A program made the translations under genes and the position numbers. Positions 13,154-25,929 of a stretch of 64,000 bases of DNA are shown in pieces. This DNA is from Octopus bimaculoides (taxonomy: Eukaryota). The stretch spans positions 38,666,641-38,730,640 of the forward strand of contig NC_068987.1 of NCBI RefSeq assembly GCF_001194135.2. Reading direction: 5' to 3'. The notes beneath the pieces were generated by a model. The model was not told the DNA's origin. It was given only the letters and a program-made list of their open reading frames with translations, and did not search any database. Within the stretch, counting starts at the first letter, position 1; each line of letters begins with the position of its first letter.

Positions 13154-13312
13154 TCACTTCCTTGAGACGATTCTCTTGAGACGATAGTCTGTCCTGCTTG
13201 TGCCCGACATTTGCGACATACTGTGAGTTTCTCCGAAACTGCTTTCTCCACCGCCCATAGTACCATTGAGGTTATGGAAATATGCTCTCATTTGTTCGTT
13301 CAAAGAACGACT
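13154..13312 (-). CDS. Terminal coding exon; SRSLNEQMRAYFHNLNGTMGGGESSFGETHSMSQMSGTSRTDYRLKRIVSRK*
   Basis: Long polypyrimidine acceptor ttccatcttcag|AGT, phase 0. TGA at 13156-13154. AATAAA hexamers lie downstream on this strand (e.g. 12274-12279, 12384-12389). Confidence 0.75.
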   Translation of the reverse strand, partial: SRSLNEQMRAYFHNLNGTMGGGESSFGETHSMSQMSGTSRTDYRLKRIVSRK

Positions 13313-14734
13313 CTGAAGATGGAAAGAAAATGAAAATAAAATACACATAAAGAAAATGAAAAAAAATAAACATAAAAGAAAATTAAAACAAAATAAACAT
13401 AAAAGAAAATGAAAACAAAATAAAAAAAGAAAAGAAAATCAAATAATAAACATCAATATAAAAATGTGATTTACTATTTAGTTATGACAGGGTGAGTTGT
13501 GTGATAGATTCAATAGAACGATGCATTTTTACACTTTGCAGTACTTAATCACAGAAATTTTACCGAGATTGAATATGTCGATAAAATAAAATATTTAAAG
13601 CTATACCAGTCAGATATAAATTTTATTGTAACCAAACTAAACCTTTCTTCCAAAAATGCGTGACCTCGTTCCTTTGTTACAAATCTTTATTTAGACACAA
13701 GAATGCAGCAGATGATAGAAGTAGTTGAGAAACAGAGAAAATACTTTGTAGTATTTTACCTCTTTACATAACGCCGAAGTCACCAAAAGGCTTAATTTAG
13801 ATATCATTATTTCCACTGGAGGCCAATGTCTATAGGGGAAGGTGTAAAATTGATTGACTCGACTCGAGTGTAATTACCGGTAACTGTTTTGCAAACCAAA
13901 AAGGTACTAAGTTCAACGGAAAATCAGATCTAGCTGGGTGTAAGCTCACATATAAAAACGCGACGCTAACTGATGCAGAAAAGGGATTCAGATCCTAACT
14001 TTTTTCTTTCGATTAATTTAACATTTTTATACAAAACAACGCTCATCAAATTTACAGTGGGTAACCGCGTATAGCTGAGATTGACATGAAGAACTACAGG
14101 TCTCTGCCATGGAGAGTCAATAAATTTACACACATATTTTGAATTTAAAAGTTTCTCTTGTTTGAATTTTGGTTGCTCAAAGTTTTCAGGCAAATAAATG
14201 TTATATTTTCTTTAGCAAACATTCAGGAACCAATGGAATATCATGAAATCAGTGCCTTTTGGGTTCAATGTTAGCTTAAGTAATGTCTACTTGCAATTAT
14301 CGGATCGCCGTAGTTTGCTCTCAAAACTGGATTATTTTAATTGACCATAAATGCCTTATATTTTCAGAGGAGAGACAATTAGGATTATTTTAATATTCCT
14401 AGATTTCCCGTCATCATTAGCGTTGTAAAATGAAGAACTCACTTAAACCAGTCACCTAAACAAATCCGAAAACTGTTTCACAAGCTACAAAATTCACTCA
14501 TCTGTTAGTCTCGGCAGATATTTGTCTCCCACTAGCGATGTAAACAAAAGTGTTTATATGCACCTAAAGCAAATGGTAACTACCACAGTTTTCTGTGTTC
14601 TAACACAGCATCCACTTTTAAGTGGAGACAAAAATTATCTCTTGGTATTAATACTGCCTTTGTCGCTATGAAGCATTTTTCACGTACAGGTGAAATATTT
14701 TGAAGATCTCATGTAAACATAAATTATTATTTAC

Positions 14735-14920
14735 CCAAGAATAAGACATTTGTCCGCTTCTGTTCAGCAACTGAACTTCGTCAGTTGAGTTACGGGTGAG
14801 TATTTCATCAGCTCTGGCAGACAGGTTTTGGTAAATTTGATCTATGTCAAAACCAAGCACACGACGACTGGAGCCGTCTGAATTGGAAATGTCAAAGAAA
14901 TGCTGATAATTTCTCCATGC
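14735..14920 (-). CDS. C-terminal-domain exon 2; AWRNYQHFFDISNSDGSSRRVLGFDIDQIYQNLSARADEILTRNSTDEVQLLNRSGQMSYSW
   Basis: Acceptor cagtcacag|GCA (an alternative in-frame AG lies 6 nt upstream, start 14926), donor TGG|gtaaat. 186 nt, phase 0-0. The W..Q..RR..FD..I..A..I..D..Y.W spacing resembles the recalled hillarin/LTD-1-like C-terminus. Confidence 0.85.
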
Positions 14921-16126
14921 CTGTGACTGTGAGTATAAAGAAAAGAAAACAGTTAGTTGTGAAATAACGTGATCAAGACAATATATTAAGTAATGGTGCT
15001 TAATTTTATTTTAACGTTGGTTTTAATCCAAATGCTTTACATATACTGATGGTTTAGCAATTGTCATTAGTAATGTTAAATTTTACTTTAATATAGAGAC
15101 TAGCTTCTTGACGATTTTCAGAATTAAAACAGAGTAATTGCTTGTTTTGATTTTCTTATATTTATATATGTATATTCTTTGCCAGATTAACGAGAATTTC
15201 GTTAACTTTGCATGTCGAATTTAATTCATCTATCGGGTTTGGTACAAGCAACGAAGAAAGCCGTAAAATAAACAAGTTGAGAGGATCTTGAGTTGAGTTG
15301 TTTATTTCTATCGATAACCTATTTCAATAAAACAAGGCGGATGGCAGCCTTCAGCAAAACTGAGAAGCACAAAATATGTCAAACATCTAATTTGATAACC
15401 AGTTATAACATCAGTATTTGCAAACTCTGTATTGAACATTTACGTGTATAAATATCCATAAACGTATATGTGCCCTTATCATACTTTAATAACAAGCAGA
15501 AATATTTTTGATTACAATAGAAACAAAGGGAATTAAGATAACTTATTACTAATGATATTTAATTTCAGCACTTCGGGTGTGAATATTCTTTATTAGAAAG
15601 AAATTCAAATGTTTATATGGTCCAGTAAATTTGCAAGTACAGTATTTATTATTTTTTTTTTTGCCTATTTACGCTGTTGGAGATTACCTTAATATCTATT
15701 TGTTTCAAGTTGCTTTGGGGAGTGTACAAAAGTGCTAATTCAGTATAGGGTTTGATCAAAATATTATACATTAATTTTAATAAACTCGCACTACTTACAG
15801 TTATAAATCCTACCTCTATATGGTAGGTATTACAGGTAGGACGACTTCGCTATAGATTTTGGATTTATTTAGAACATTGTCTAACGAGATTCGATCAAGT
15901 ATACCTACGGCCTAGAATTCATCACTTTATCTACTAGACTTGATGCAAGTTCCCCTGTAATAATTATGAATATTTTACTAGCACGTCTAAAGTTTTGGAA
16001 TCGACAGTTAAAATTAGCATCATTTTAAAACCCGATGCATGTTAAATCAATTACTTGGGAGAGAATGCAAATATCTTGTAACTCTCGCAGTTATAATTAA
16101 CAATCGTAAAATAGCTTATTACATAC

Positions 16127-16416
16127 CTCAGAATGTCTTTCATATTCGCCAAGGACCACCAATGCACTAATGAGAAGATCATGAGAGAAACCAGCCGAAC
16201 GCATGTACCAACCCATTCTAGAACTAGTTCTTGAGTCAATGCTGACATCGTCACGATTGAGAAAGGCACTGGGATCAGGGGCTGCATAACCGCGGATCCT
16301 GCTTCGAGCCTCATTCACTTCAATAGATAAATAGTCGGTGAGATTTTTTTGTTCAATCTCTATAACACATCGTCGAATATCATCCTGGTTGTCGGTCAAG
16401 AAAGCACTTTCGAGTT
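16127..16416 (-). CDS. C-terminal-domain exon 1; (K)LESAFLTDNQDDIRRCVIEIEQKNLTDYLSIEVNEARSR...LLISALVVLGEYERHSE
   Basis: Acceptor ttctttccttcgcacag|AA, donor TGAG|gtatgt. 290 nt, phase 1 to phase 0, joins exon 17 in frame. Confidence 0.85.
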
Positions 16417-16651
16417 CTGTGCGAAGGAAAGAAAAATGAGTATATTACACAATCCATGTGTATCTATTGCTGTGTATAAATATAAATATGCACAAACATG
16501 TGTGTATGTGTGTCTGTTTATGTATGTATGGGTGTGTGTGTGTGTATGAGTTGTAGGCGCAGGTTTGGCTGTGTGGTAAGAACTTTTCAACCATATGGTT
16601 TCAGGTTTAGTCCCATTGTGTGGCATCTTATATATATGTATATATATATAA

Positions 16652-17428
16652 ATTTATTTTGACCGAATCAGTCTCTTGCTACTCTGAGTTTCACCTGTAG
16701 GTGCACAGGATCTCCAGGCAAGTTGTTACTGGAAAATTGATGGATTTTGCACATTTGTATATAATCTTCTAGTCATAAGTTTTGGTGATGGGGAGAAGGT
16801 ATGATTAAGGGGCGGAAAGGAACAAAACATTTATCCTCCAAATCTTTTTGTACTATTCTATATTTTGCTTACCATTTTACTATTTTGTCCATCCCTTCCG
16901 AACCCTTGCTACTTCAACTACCATGTTATATACAATTTTATTTTTTTCATGGCTTTTCATCATGTTATTCCTGAATTGTACTTCTTCAAACTCCTGTAAT
17001 TTCTTCTTTTTCTATTTCTTTTCTCCTTTTCCATTTTCCTTTTCTCTTCCTTCTTTCTTTTTTCTAATTTTCCTTTTCTGTTTTCTGTTTTCTTTTTCCT
17101 TTTTCCCTTTCTTTCTTTCTTTCGTTCTTTTTCCTTTTCTTTTTCCTCCTCTCTTGTTGCTCCTTTATTTTTCTGCCTATGTTCTTTCTATCATGCTGTT
17201 TTCTTTTCTCGCTTTTCTCCCTTTTCCTCCTCTTTTCTTCCCTCTTGTTTTCATTCTCCCCCACCTTTGTCATACTTCCCTACTACCACCACCACAACAC
17301 GTAACTAGAAAATTATATATAAATGGTTGCACACCCATCAATTTTCCAGTAACAACTTGCCTGAAGATCTTGTGCACCTACAGGTGAAACTCAGAGAAGC
17401 AAGAGGCTGCCTCGACCAAAATAAAATA
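16652..17428. mobile_element. Foldback/MITE-like element with ~150-bp imperfect inverted arms and a pyrimidine-rich centre
   Basis: 16661-16800 is the reverse complement of ~17270-17420 (ctctgagtttcacctgtaggtgcaca...caggcaagttgttactggaaaattgatgg). Confidence 0.75.
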
Positions 17429-17581
17429 TTATTAATCTCTGCCATGGTTTTAAATACTCTTTTTTCCGACAATCCACNNNNNNNNNNNNNNNNNNNNNNN
17501 NNNNNNNNNNNNNNNNNNNNNNNNNNNNNNNNNNNNNNNNNNNNNNNNNNNNNNNNNNNNNNNNNNNNNNNNNNNNNNNNN

Positions 17582-17634
<53 letters not shown>

Positions 17635-18329
17635 GTATTGTTTTTAATATTTGATATTTCTAGGGTAACGAGCTGGAAGAATCGTTAGCACACTGGGAAA
17701 ATGCTGAGCGACATTTTGTCCGTCTTAACCGTTCTGAGTTCAAATGCCGCTGGAGTCAACTTTGTCTTTCATCTTTCGAGGTCAATAAAATAAGTACCAG
17801 ATGAGTACTGGTGTCGATGTAATCGACTTACCCACTCCCCCAAAATAGCTGGCCTTGTGTCAAAATTTGAAACCAATATATAAATGTCTGTTGGAGAGTT
17901 ATGCATATACTTAACCGTATTTCAACATTACATCATATGTAATTCTGCTTGTGAATAGGTTTGCATCTTTGAGATTGCAGTCTCATTGTAAATGTGACTA
18001 ACTCTTAGGGAAATAGAAGACAAGATGGATCATGATTATATAGATACTTAGATTCCTAGTCAATTCATATACAAAAAAGTATTATATAGCTTAACTGAGC
18101 CTATAACCTGCGACAGAATTTACTTAATTTACAGAATTTAGTTTATGTTTTCGTTTAATTGTCTATCATCAAGAAATGCGGAACAATTATTAATAATAGA
18201 AATGTGGAACAATCGTTAATAATAACGAATCAAGAGTCTAGAGTAACTGTTGCCCTGGTTAATTAGTTGATGATAAAGATCATAACAAATAGAAACATCT
18301 AAATTTATTTGAAATTGAAATTTTCTTAC

Positions 18330-18512
18330 TGTCTTTAATATTCAAAGCATCCAACAATGGTCTGGCTTTCTGAATTTGAGGTTCCAGATCAGGATGTCTA
18401 TAAGGCTCAGCATCAGCAATTGCTTTCTCCAACTTAGGTTTGTCCTTATGAATTATTGATGTATTTATTTGGTCGAGCAAAGTACCAACCTGCTCGGGTG
18501 ACAAGCTTCTTG
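18330..18512 (-). CDS. Repeat exon 17; (S)RSLSPEQVGTLLDQINTSIIHKDKPKLEKAIADAEPYRHPDLEPQIQKARPLLDALNIKD
   Basis: Acceptor atttttag|CA, donor GACA|gtaaga. 183 nt, phase 1-1. Confidence 0.88.
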
Positions 18513-19615
18513 CTAAAAATGTTCAATGAAATAAAGTGAAATAAGAAACTGGAGAAACATATATAAATAAACATATACAGGCATACATATAAATAAATAG
18601 ACAGTTGTTGATTGATATTGTCATTTCTAAATGGAATCTCGTATGTCGAGTTTAATAGATTTATATTTGTATTCGTGAAGGCATTCGCGGAAAGAATGTA
18701 GCATGTTAGATCAATGTCTCAGAGTATTTCGTCTTTCCCTCATTATTCTGAGTCCACATGCTCTCACGGTCAGCTTTATCTTGCATCCTTCATAGGTCAG
18801 TTTAAGCATTTGTTGCCTTTACTAAAATTTGTGAGCTTGTGAGTATGTTAGAAATCATAATCATTATTGTTTTCATTCATAGACTTTTGCAGCCAGTTAG
18901 ACTGATACTTATGTTTAGTACGGATACTTATGTTTAGTATCCGTAACGTGATACAGTTGGCAGATAAACATATATAGCAGTATTATATGGAGTTGTATGA
19001 ACTACACAGAACAAGGATTATTGACCAAACAAGGCATAGATTTTCAAATTTGGGGCATAGACATTCAAGTGGCATGACATGCCCTCGCCAACTAATTTGG
19101 CGCTTCTCCTGCGTATATATTGATGGACTTTAAAATGGAAATATGTTTCTACAAAACTTTACGGTATCATTTTGTGATGTGAATAAAAATCAAAAGAATG
19201 ATCTTTTATTCAAACTTTTGATATTTTCGTATCTTTTCACTAGGAATGCAGAATACAGGTCGATGAAAGCAAATTGATAAATTTCATAAAAACTAAAAGA
19301 AAACAAGGTTAAATTTAATCTGCTAAAAATGCAGTGATTAAGAAGAAAATTCAATATATCCGGCTACTTTTGCTTTTATTCAAAATATTAATTTCTCTTC
19401 ATTAACCACAATGAGGAGTTTGTAACGGAGGAGGAGGTATTTTCTGTGCTACTTCTTTGTTTCAGGAACTGGGGGAAGCAACTTCCGTATAATCATACAT
19501 ATATATGTGTGTGTCTGTGCGGGTGTAGCCGTGCGTATATATCTGTGTGTTTATATAGGTTTGTATAATTAGAAAACTGGTAACGAAGGTAATAAAAAGA
19601 ACTTAAATTACTAAC

Positions 19616-19789
19616 ATCTGCTACCACCATCCAAAGAATCGAGAAGGTCTCTGGCTTGCTTTATGTTACTGCTTAATTCTGGAGACTTGGCTGCTTCAGC
19701 TTCAGCAATAGCACGTTCAAGACCAATAATATCTTTCTGTTTAACAGCATGGTCTAGTTGATCACGCAAGACAGATGGAGATTTTGGAG
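19616..19789 (-). CDS. Repeat exon 16; (A)PKSPSVLRDQLDHAVKQKDIIGLERAIAEAEAAKSPELSSNIKQARDLLDSLDGGSR
   Basis: Acceptor ttttgtttctag|CT, donor AGAT|gttagt. 174 nt, phase 1-1. Confidence 0.9.
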
Positions 19790-21249
19790 CTAGAAACAAA
19801 ACAAAAACATTTAAATGATTTATTGGAAAAGTACAAATTTTACATTATCATGAAGGTAAAAAGCGTTTATCGCAGAACATTTAGATAAAATCCATAAAAC
19901 ACGAAATTTTCAATCGTCCACTGATATCATTTATTTTTTTTACACATGATATGCATTAAATTTGAACATCATTGCGTAGCAAAAGCGGAAAATAGGCAGC
20001 AAGAATGATTTTATTAATCTAAATATCTGACATGTTTATTTGAGTGTATAAGTTGTCTTTGTAAAAGAATACTAAATATATGTAAGTCCAGCAATTTCAG
20101 AGAAGAGGCTAAGTCGATTACATCGACCCCAGTATTCAACTGGTACTTATTTCATCGACCCCAAAGGGGTGAAAGACAAAGCCGACCTCGGCGGAATTTG
20201 AACTCAGAACATAAAGACGAAAGAAATACCGCGAAGAATTTTGTCCGCGAAGACTTTTGATACCTCGCTGCCTTACTAAACGTATATGATATTTGCATCA
20301 ACTATAAATAAATAATTTCATCAGGTGACTGATAGGAGTCCTTGGAGAAGTTATAACATTATATTACAAAATGTTATGATAATCCTGGGTTCTTCAACAA
20401 TATTAGAATAAATAGATTTTTGTCAGTTTCAACGAGGAACTGAACTATATGCTGATTCAATCAGCCTTTAATTAACTAAGAATTACACAGGTTCACACAA
20501 TCTTAATGCAATCCTCATGCAGAATCAGTATGGCGCAGACTCTGACAAGGTTGAATTATTGGGCACAATCTATCACAAAGGGCTTCCAAACATCTACTTA
20601 TTTTCACTTACACTTTCACTCATAGGTCCAAAACTATAGCGAAATACACTTTCCCAAGATGCGGCCAGCAGGATCATCCATGATATACAATTGTTACAGA
20701 AGTAAAATTGTTTTAATCAGAAACTAATATCTCATGGTTTCTGTGCATCGGAATATTGTCTCATATTTTATGATTCATGTTAGCATTTTGAAATAACAGT
20801 ACAATTACGTGGGAAAACTATAGTTGCTTAAATACATTGACTACGTGCCAAAAGCTAATGCTATCAATATCAGCGGGACTAAAATCAAAGTTAATACCAC
20901 TTGGACTTTTAAGCTCAGAACATAAATGAAAAAAAACAAAAAAAAAACAGAACAGAATTGTATTGTTTCCAACATTCTAACATTGCTATTTTTCAATATA
21001 GTATATTATTTTGAAATAATTGCTTACATTATCTCAAAGCCCCCTTAAATCTATATAGAAGAAAAACAGTATTCCAAACGAACCCGGATATATTTGAATA
21101 ATACATTGTATATTCGAAGCTAAACATTGCCTAGCACACTTGCGTTCCGTTAAGCATTATTTTTTCCCTGAGGCCTCTTATTTGACAATAATTATGTTAC
21201 CTTAGCAAAATAATAATAATAATAAAGAACAGTAAGAGAAAGGCTGACA

Positions 21250-21800
21250 AATTTGGGAGTGACCTGGATAGATTACTACGATATGGTACCACATAGCTAG
21301 AGCGGAAAAAACCATGGATATGGATATCTATAAAGTGGCAGTTAAGATCAAAGCATTAATCTGTGGCAGTATGAGACAATGGAACACCAAGTAGCAGCCC
21401 ATTGGAAAAGTTAGCATAAATCGAGAATTATTTCAGGAAGATAGTTGCTATTCGTTATAGTTCTCATGCCACTCACTTGTATGTTACAATAGGTAAAGAC
21501 AGCCTATGATCCGAGGAGAAGCATTGAAAAACCAAACCTTTTACTCTATATAGATGATTTGAATTTGTTCACGATAAATGAGGAACAGTTGGACAGTCTA
21601 GTAAATAAATTGTGCCTGAATATTTTCTGGAGATATTCGATGGATTTTGGGTTTCCCAAGTGCAAGGTATTGATTCTGAGGAAAGGAAAATTGGTCCGAA
21701 GTGAAGGTATAACAAATGCCAGGAATGAAAATAATAGAATGAAGGAGAGTGCAAGGTGTTAATCCTTGGGTGAAATGAAGCAGGATAGTTGAGATGACAA
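21250..21800 (+). mobile_element. Decayed non-LTR retrotransposon RT fragment (R4/Dong-like motif style)
   Basis: LFQEDS..; ..NEEQLDSLVN..MDFGFPKCKVLILRKGKLVRSEGI. Confidence 0.55.
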
Positions 21801-22619
21801 AAGCAGATCTACAGATTACAGCAGATCTGTAATACAAGAAAACTATTGACAATGTTTGCTGCCCATCAGCCTACCATGTGTCTCTCTTCCCAGACGTATT
21901 TCTCCCAGGCAGAGTCAACGAGTAATGTCGACCTGAATTTTTTTTTAGGGATTTGTAGTCTCTATGAGAGCCTTTTGCCATTCACACTCCATGTATGGCA
22001 TTTGTTTGGGATGGGCCCGGACCAAGTGGTATCTACGACTGTATTAGAGTTTTATTTGTCGAGTATCTTTCAAAGACGCTTAACTTGTTACCTTGGTTTC
22101 CTGAGTAAATAAGAAATGATAAACGAGTGACATAACACAAGTTAAGAATATTGTGGAAAACCAACCAACAGATCGGTGGTTTGTATTCTGTCATCACCAA
22201 ATTGCTGTGGATGTTGTATCTCAAATGGACTAGTTGAAATCGCTAAAGATAAGTACTGCAGCTGAAATACCATAAAACTGACTGGTTGTTTGTTAGCTAC
22301 CAAACGTTGAACTCAACCACTCTTGTGGATTTAAAGACGCCTCTCCAATATTAATCAACAAACCTTAATTCCAAAGATCATCTTATAGCCAATCTGATAT
22401 AAGGTTTAGTCTTTTCCTCAGATTATGGATTGTGTAGTGTCCAGTGTACAACAACCAATTGCATGTTAGACTTACCAGTCAGAGATCCATAACCAGATGG
22501 ACATTTTTCTCCACTAAATGTTACCATAGATTCCTAAAAAAAAAACAGCAATCCTACCGACTCGACCAAGGCTGACTTTCTACTTTATCTTAGACAAAAT
22601 GATATTGAGAGATACTTAC

Positions 22620-22793
22620 CTTTATGTACACCTCCGATACTATTTAAAGTATCTCTTGCTTGCTGGATATCTCCCGTCAGTTCTGGATGCCCAGCAGCAA
22701 CACATTCGCTGATAGCTTTTTCAATAGCATTAGGATCCTTTTGTCTTATGGCAGATTTAAGTTTGTTCCGCAAAATATCTGGAGACTTTGAAC
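22620..22793 (-). CDS. Repeat exon 15 (subtype B); (G)SKSPDILRNKLKSAIRQKDPNAIEKAISECVAAGHPELTGDIQQARDTLNSIGGVHK
   Basis: Acceptor tccttttcag|GT, donor AAAG|gtaagt. 174 nt, phase 1-1. Confidence 0.92.
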
Positions 22794-23449
22794 CTGAAAA
22801 GGATTTTAAAAATAATCATAGATATATGCAAGGATTAAAAATAAGACTAGAGTTACAGGAAGCTTACAACTTGATTGACAGTTTTTAAAGTATTCAATTC
22901 TCTAACTGATTTCTCTCGTGGTAACAGATAAGACCTAGATTTACTGCAAATGCGGTAAGTGGGATTATATGAACGGGTAAGTATATGCATATTCTTAGGA
23001 AATCAAATATTTGATGTGAATTTTATTTCTCTGAATGCATTAGTAATGTGAGATATATAAACTTTATCTAGGAACGGAAACTAAAATGTAATATCAGTCG
23101 CTGGGAGTTTAACGCTTGTTATATGATGATTGCACATAAAGATTATAACATTAATTAAAATAACGCAATCCTTTTATCACAGTTACAGAAGGATAAAAAG
23201 CAAAATTGAACAGGTAGGACATTCAACTTGTAACAAAAATACTGTTACATTATACAATACCAACCTCCTCTGAAAATACGCCGCCTTTCAAAAATATTAT
23301 AGTATAATAAAGGTACAACGATGCAAATTTTGCAGGAACTTTATTTTAACGAATCCAGAATTTTGAAATGCTATGCTAGCCACTACAGCCCAAAATATTC
23401 ATATATCCTTTCGTATACATATGGCATTATTATGGCTTGTGTAACTTAC

Positions 23450-23623
23450 CTCCACGACCGCCGCCTATATTTTCAAGTGCATCTCTGGCTTCTCTAAGGT
23501 CATATGATAACTCGGGGTAAGCTGCAGCTTCACATTCCTTGATAGCTTGTTCAAGAGCTGATTTGTTCTTCATAGCAACAGCATCATGGAGCATTTTTTT
23601 CAGAGATTCAGCAGATTTTGTAG
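23450..23623 (-). CDS. Repeat exon 14 (subtype A); (A)TKSAESLKKMLHDAVAMKNKSALEQAIKECEAAAYPELSYDLREARDALENIGGGRG
   Basis: Acceptor cttctttcacaaatag|CT, donor GGAG|gtaagt. 174 nt, phase 1-1. Hand-translated. Confidence 0.92.
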
Positions 23624-23668
23624 CTATTTGTGAAAGAAGTTAATTCATTAAATGTTTATATACACACA

Positions 23669-23717
<49 letters not shown>

Positions 23718-23870
23718 NNNNNNNNNNNNNNNNNNNNNNNNNNNNNNNNNNNNNNNNNNNNNNNNNNNNNNNNNNNNNNNNNNNNNNNNNNNNNNNNNNN
23801 NNNNNNNNNNNNNNNNNNNNNNNNNNNNNNNNNNNNNNNNNNNNNNNNNNNNNNNNNNNNNNNATATATA

Positions 23871-23917
<47 letters not shown>

Positions 23918-23959
23918 GCAGGCAGGCAGGTGGGCAGGCAGGCAGGCAGACAGAGAGAC

Positions 23960-24024
<65 letters not shown>

Positions 24025-24149
24025 TACCAGCTTGAACCAAAAGTGTTTTAGAATTGTCAACTTATATCTCCATGATATATCATTAACTTACTACAAGTTG
24101 TACAATCTTGCTGAATTGTTTATTCTTTATTTTACAGCTTTTATCATGA

Positions 24150-25140
24150 GTGAAAAAATTGCAATTAGAACCATTTCCCCGCTAATTGTGGGGGAAAAGG
24201 GCTAAGTGCAAAGGCAGCTGTAAAAGAAATTAACGATGTGGAAGGTCCGAGGATTGTCAACGAACATGTGGCAAGAATTGATTCAGATGTTACAAGGAAG
24301 GTGACACAAACCAAGGTCAGATATATCTTCTGTTGTGGAAGGTGTAGCTGTACTTGAAATGGTTGAACAACAGCCAAGTGCAAGCACTCGTACATTGTGA
24401 ACAGAATTTGATCCTTCACAAAGCGCCATCAATCGACACTTCTATAGGGTTGGCTTTGTGCACAGAACCTATCGAGAAGCTCCTCATGAACAGATCAATG
24501 AGCAGGCTCAACAACGTGTGAACGTTTGCAAACAACTGCTGGAAAATCCTCGAAATACCCGTTTTTGAAACTGGGATAGAAAAAAATGAATCTATTTTCG
24601 TAATCCCAATAAAAGAAATCAACGGCAGTGTTCCAGCTAGGCTTCAAAACCTGTCGTGAAGCAAGGGCTGTTTGAACAGAAGATTATGTTGTGCTTGGTG
24701 AAATTTCGAGGACGGTGGTGGTGTTGCACTTTGAGCTTGTCACAGATGGTCAAACTGTGAACGTTAACTTTTATGCCCAATACCTGCAGCGAGTATATGA
24801 CGCTTTGAAAGCTCGCTATCCAGTATTGATCAATCGAGGACATGCACTCCTACAACATGACCACGCCCCAAGACATACTGACAATGTGATTACCGAGCGC
24901 AAACTTCGGAAAACTGAGGGGCTAGAAATGCTACTTCACCTTGCCTACAACCTGGACCTTGCACCATCAGATTACCACCTTTTCCGAATCATGACTCATT
25001 TCCTGCACTGATGGATGTTAAAAAATGAGGATGAGAATGAAAACAGGTGCAAGGAGTTATTTTTTACTTTAAATCAGCCAAATGGTATAAGCACGGAACC
25101 GAGCTTCTGGCACAACGATGGCAACAGATAATAGAATATA
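24150..25140 (+). mobile_element. Mariner transposase remnant
   Basis: HFELVTDGQTVN..YAQYLQRV..LLQHDHAPRH..HLAYNLDLAPSDYHLFR (YSPDLAPSDYHLF motif). Confidence 0.85.
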
Positions 25141-25281
25141 ATGGAATATATTTTGATGAATAAATGCTTCTCATATGTAATTTGTTTGAACTATTATTTA
25201 AAACTTTTGACTCAACATGTTACACACACACACATGCACACACATATATGCAAATGCATATACGCGTTCTCTCTCAATCCC

Positions 25282-25328
<47 letters not shown>

Positions 25329-25929
25329 GAGGGAGGGAGAGAGAGAGAGAGAGAAAGAGAGGGAAGATAGTGGTAAAAAGAAAAGAAAGAGAATTCAATA
25401 AGCCAATATACAAAATATACATTTCGTTATTATTTAGCTGTAAAATTACACAAATGAATGCAGTGAGATTTTTCTGCTAATTAAAATTTCAATTTGGTAA
25501 GCGCAGTGCACAAATATCTGCCTTTGAATCACTTATGCAACTTTTATGTGTGTGTGNNNNNNNNNNNNNNNNNNNNNNNNNNNNNNNNNNNNNNNNNNNN
25601 NNNNNNNNNNNNNNNNNNNNNNNNNNNNNNNNNNNNNNNNNNNNNNNNNNNNNNNNNNNNNNNNNNNNNNNNNNNNNNNNNNNNNNNNNNNNNNNNNNNN
25701 NNNNNNNNNNNNNNNNNNNNNNNNNNATACATATATACATACATATTCTTTTATTCTTTTTATTTTTACCAATTCCTGGTATTTTTATGGTCACGCTAGA
25801 ATACAGGCATCAGTATGTCTCAATGTATTTCATCGCACGGATTGCTCGCAAATGAGAGATTTTAATATCACTGCCCTCATTTTTTGCAAAGTAATAATTT
25901 GAGCACATATATGAGGTCACTGGGAGTGC

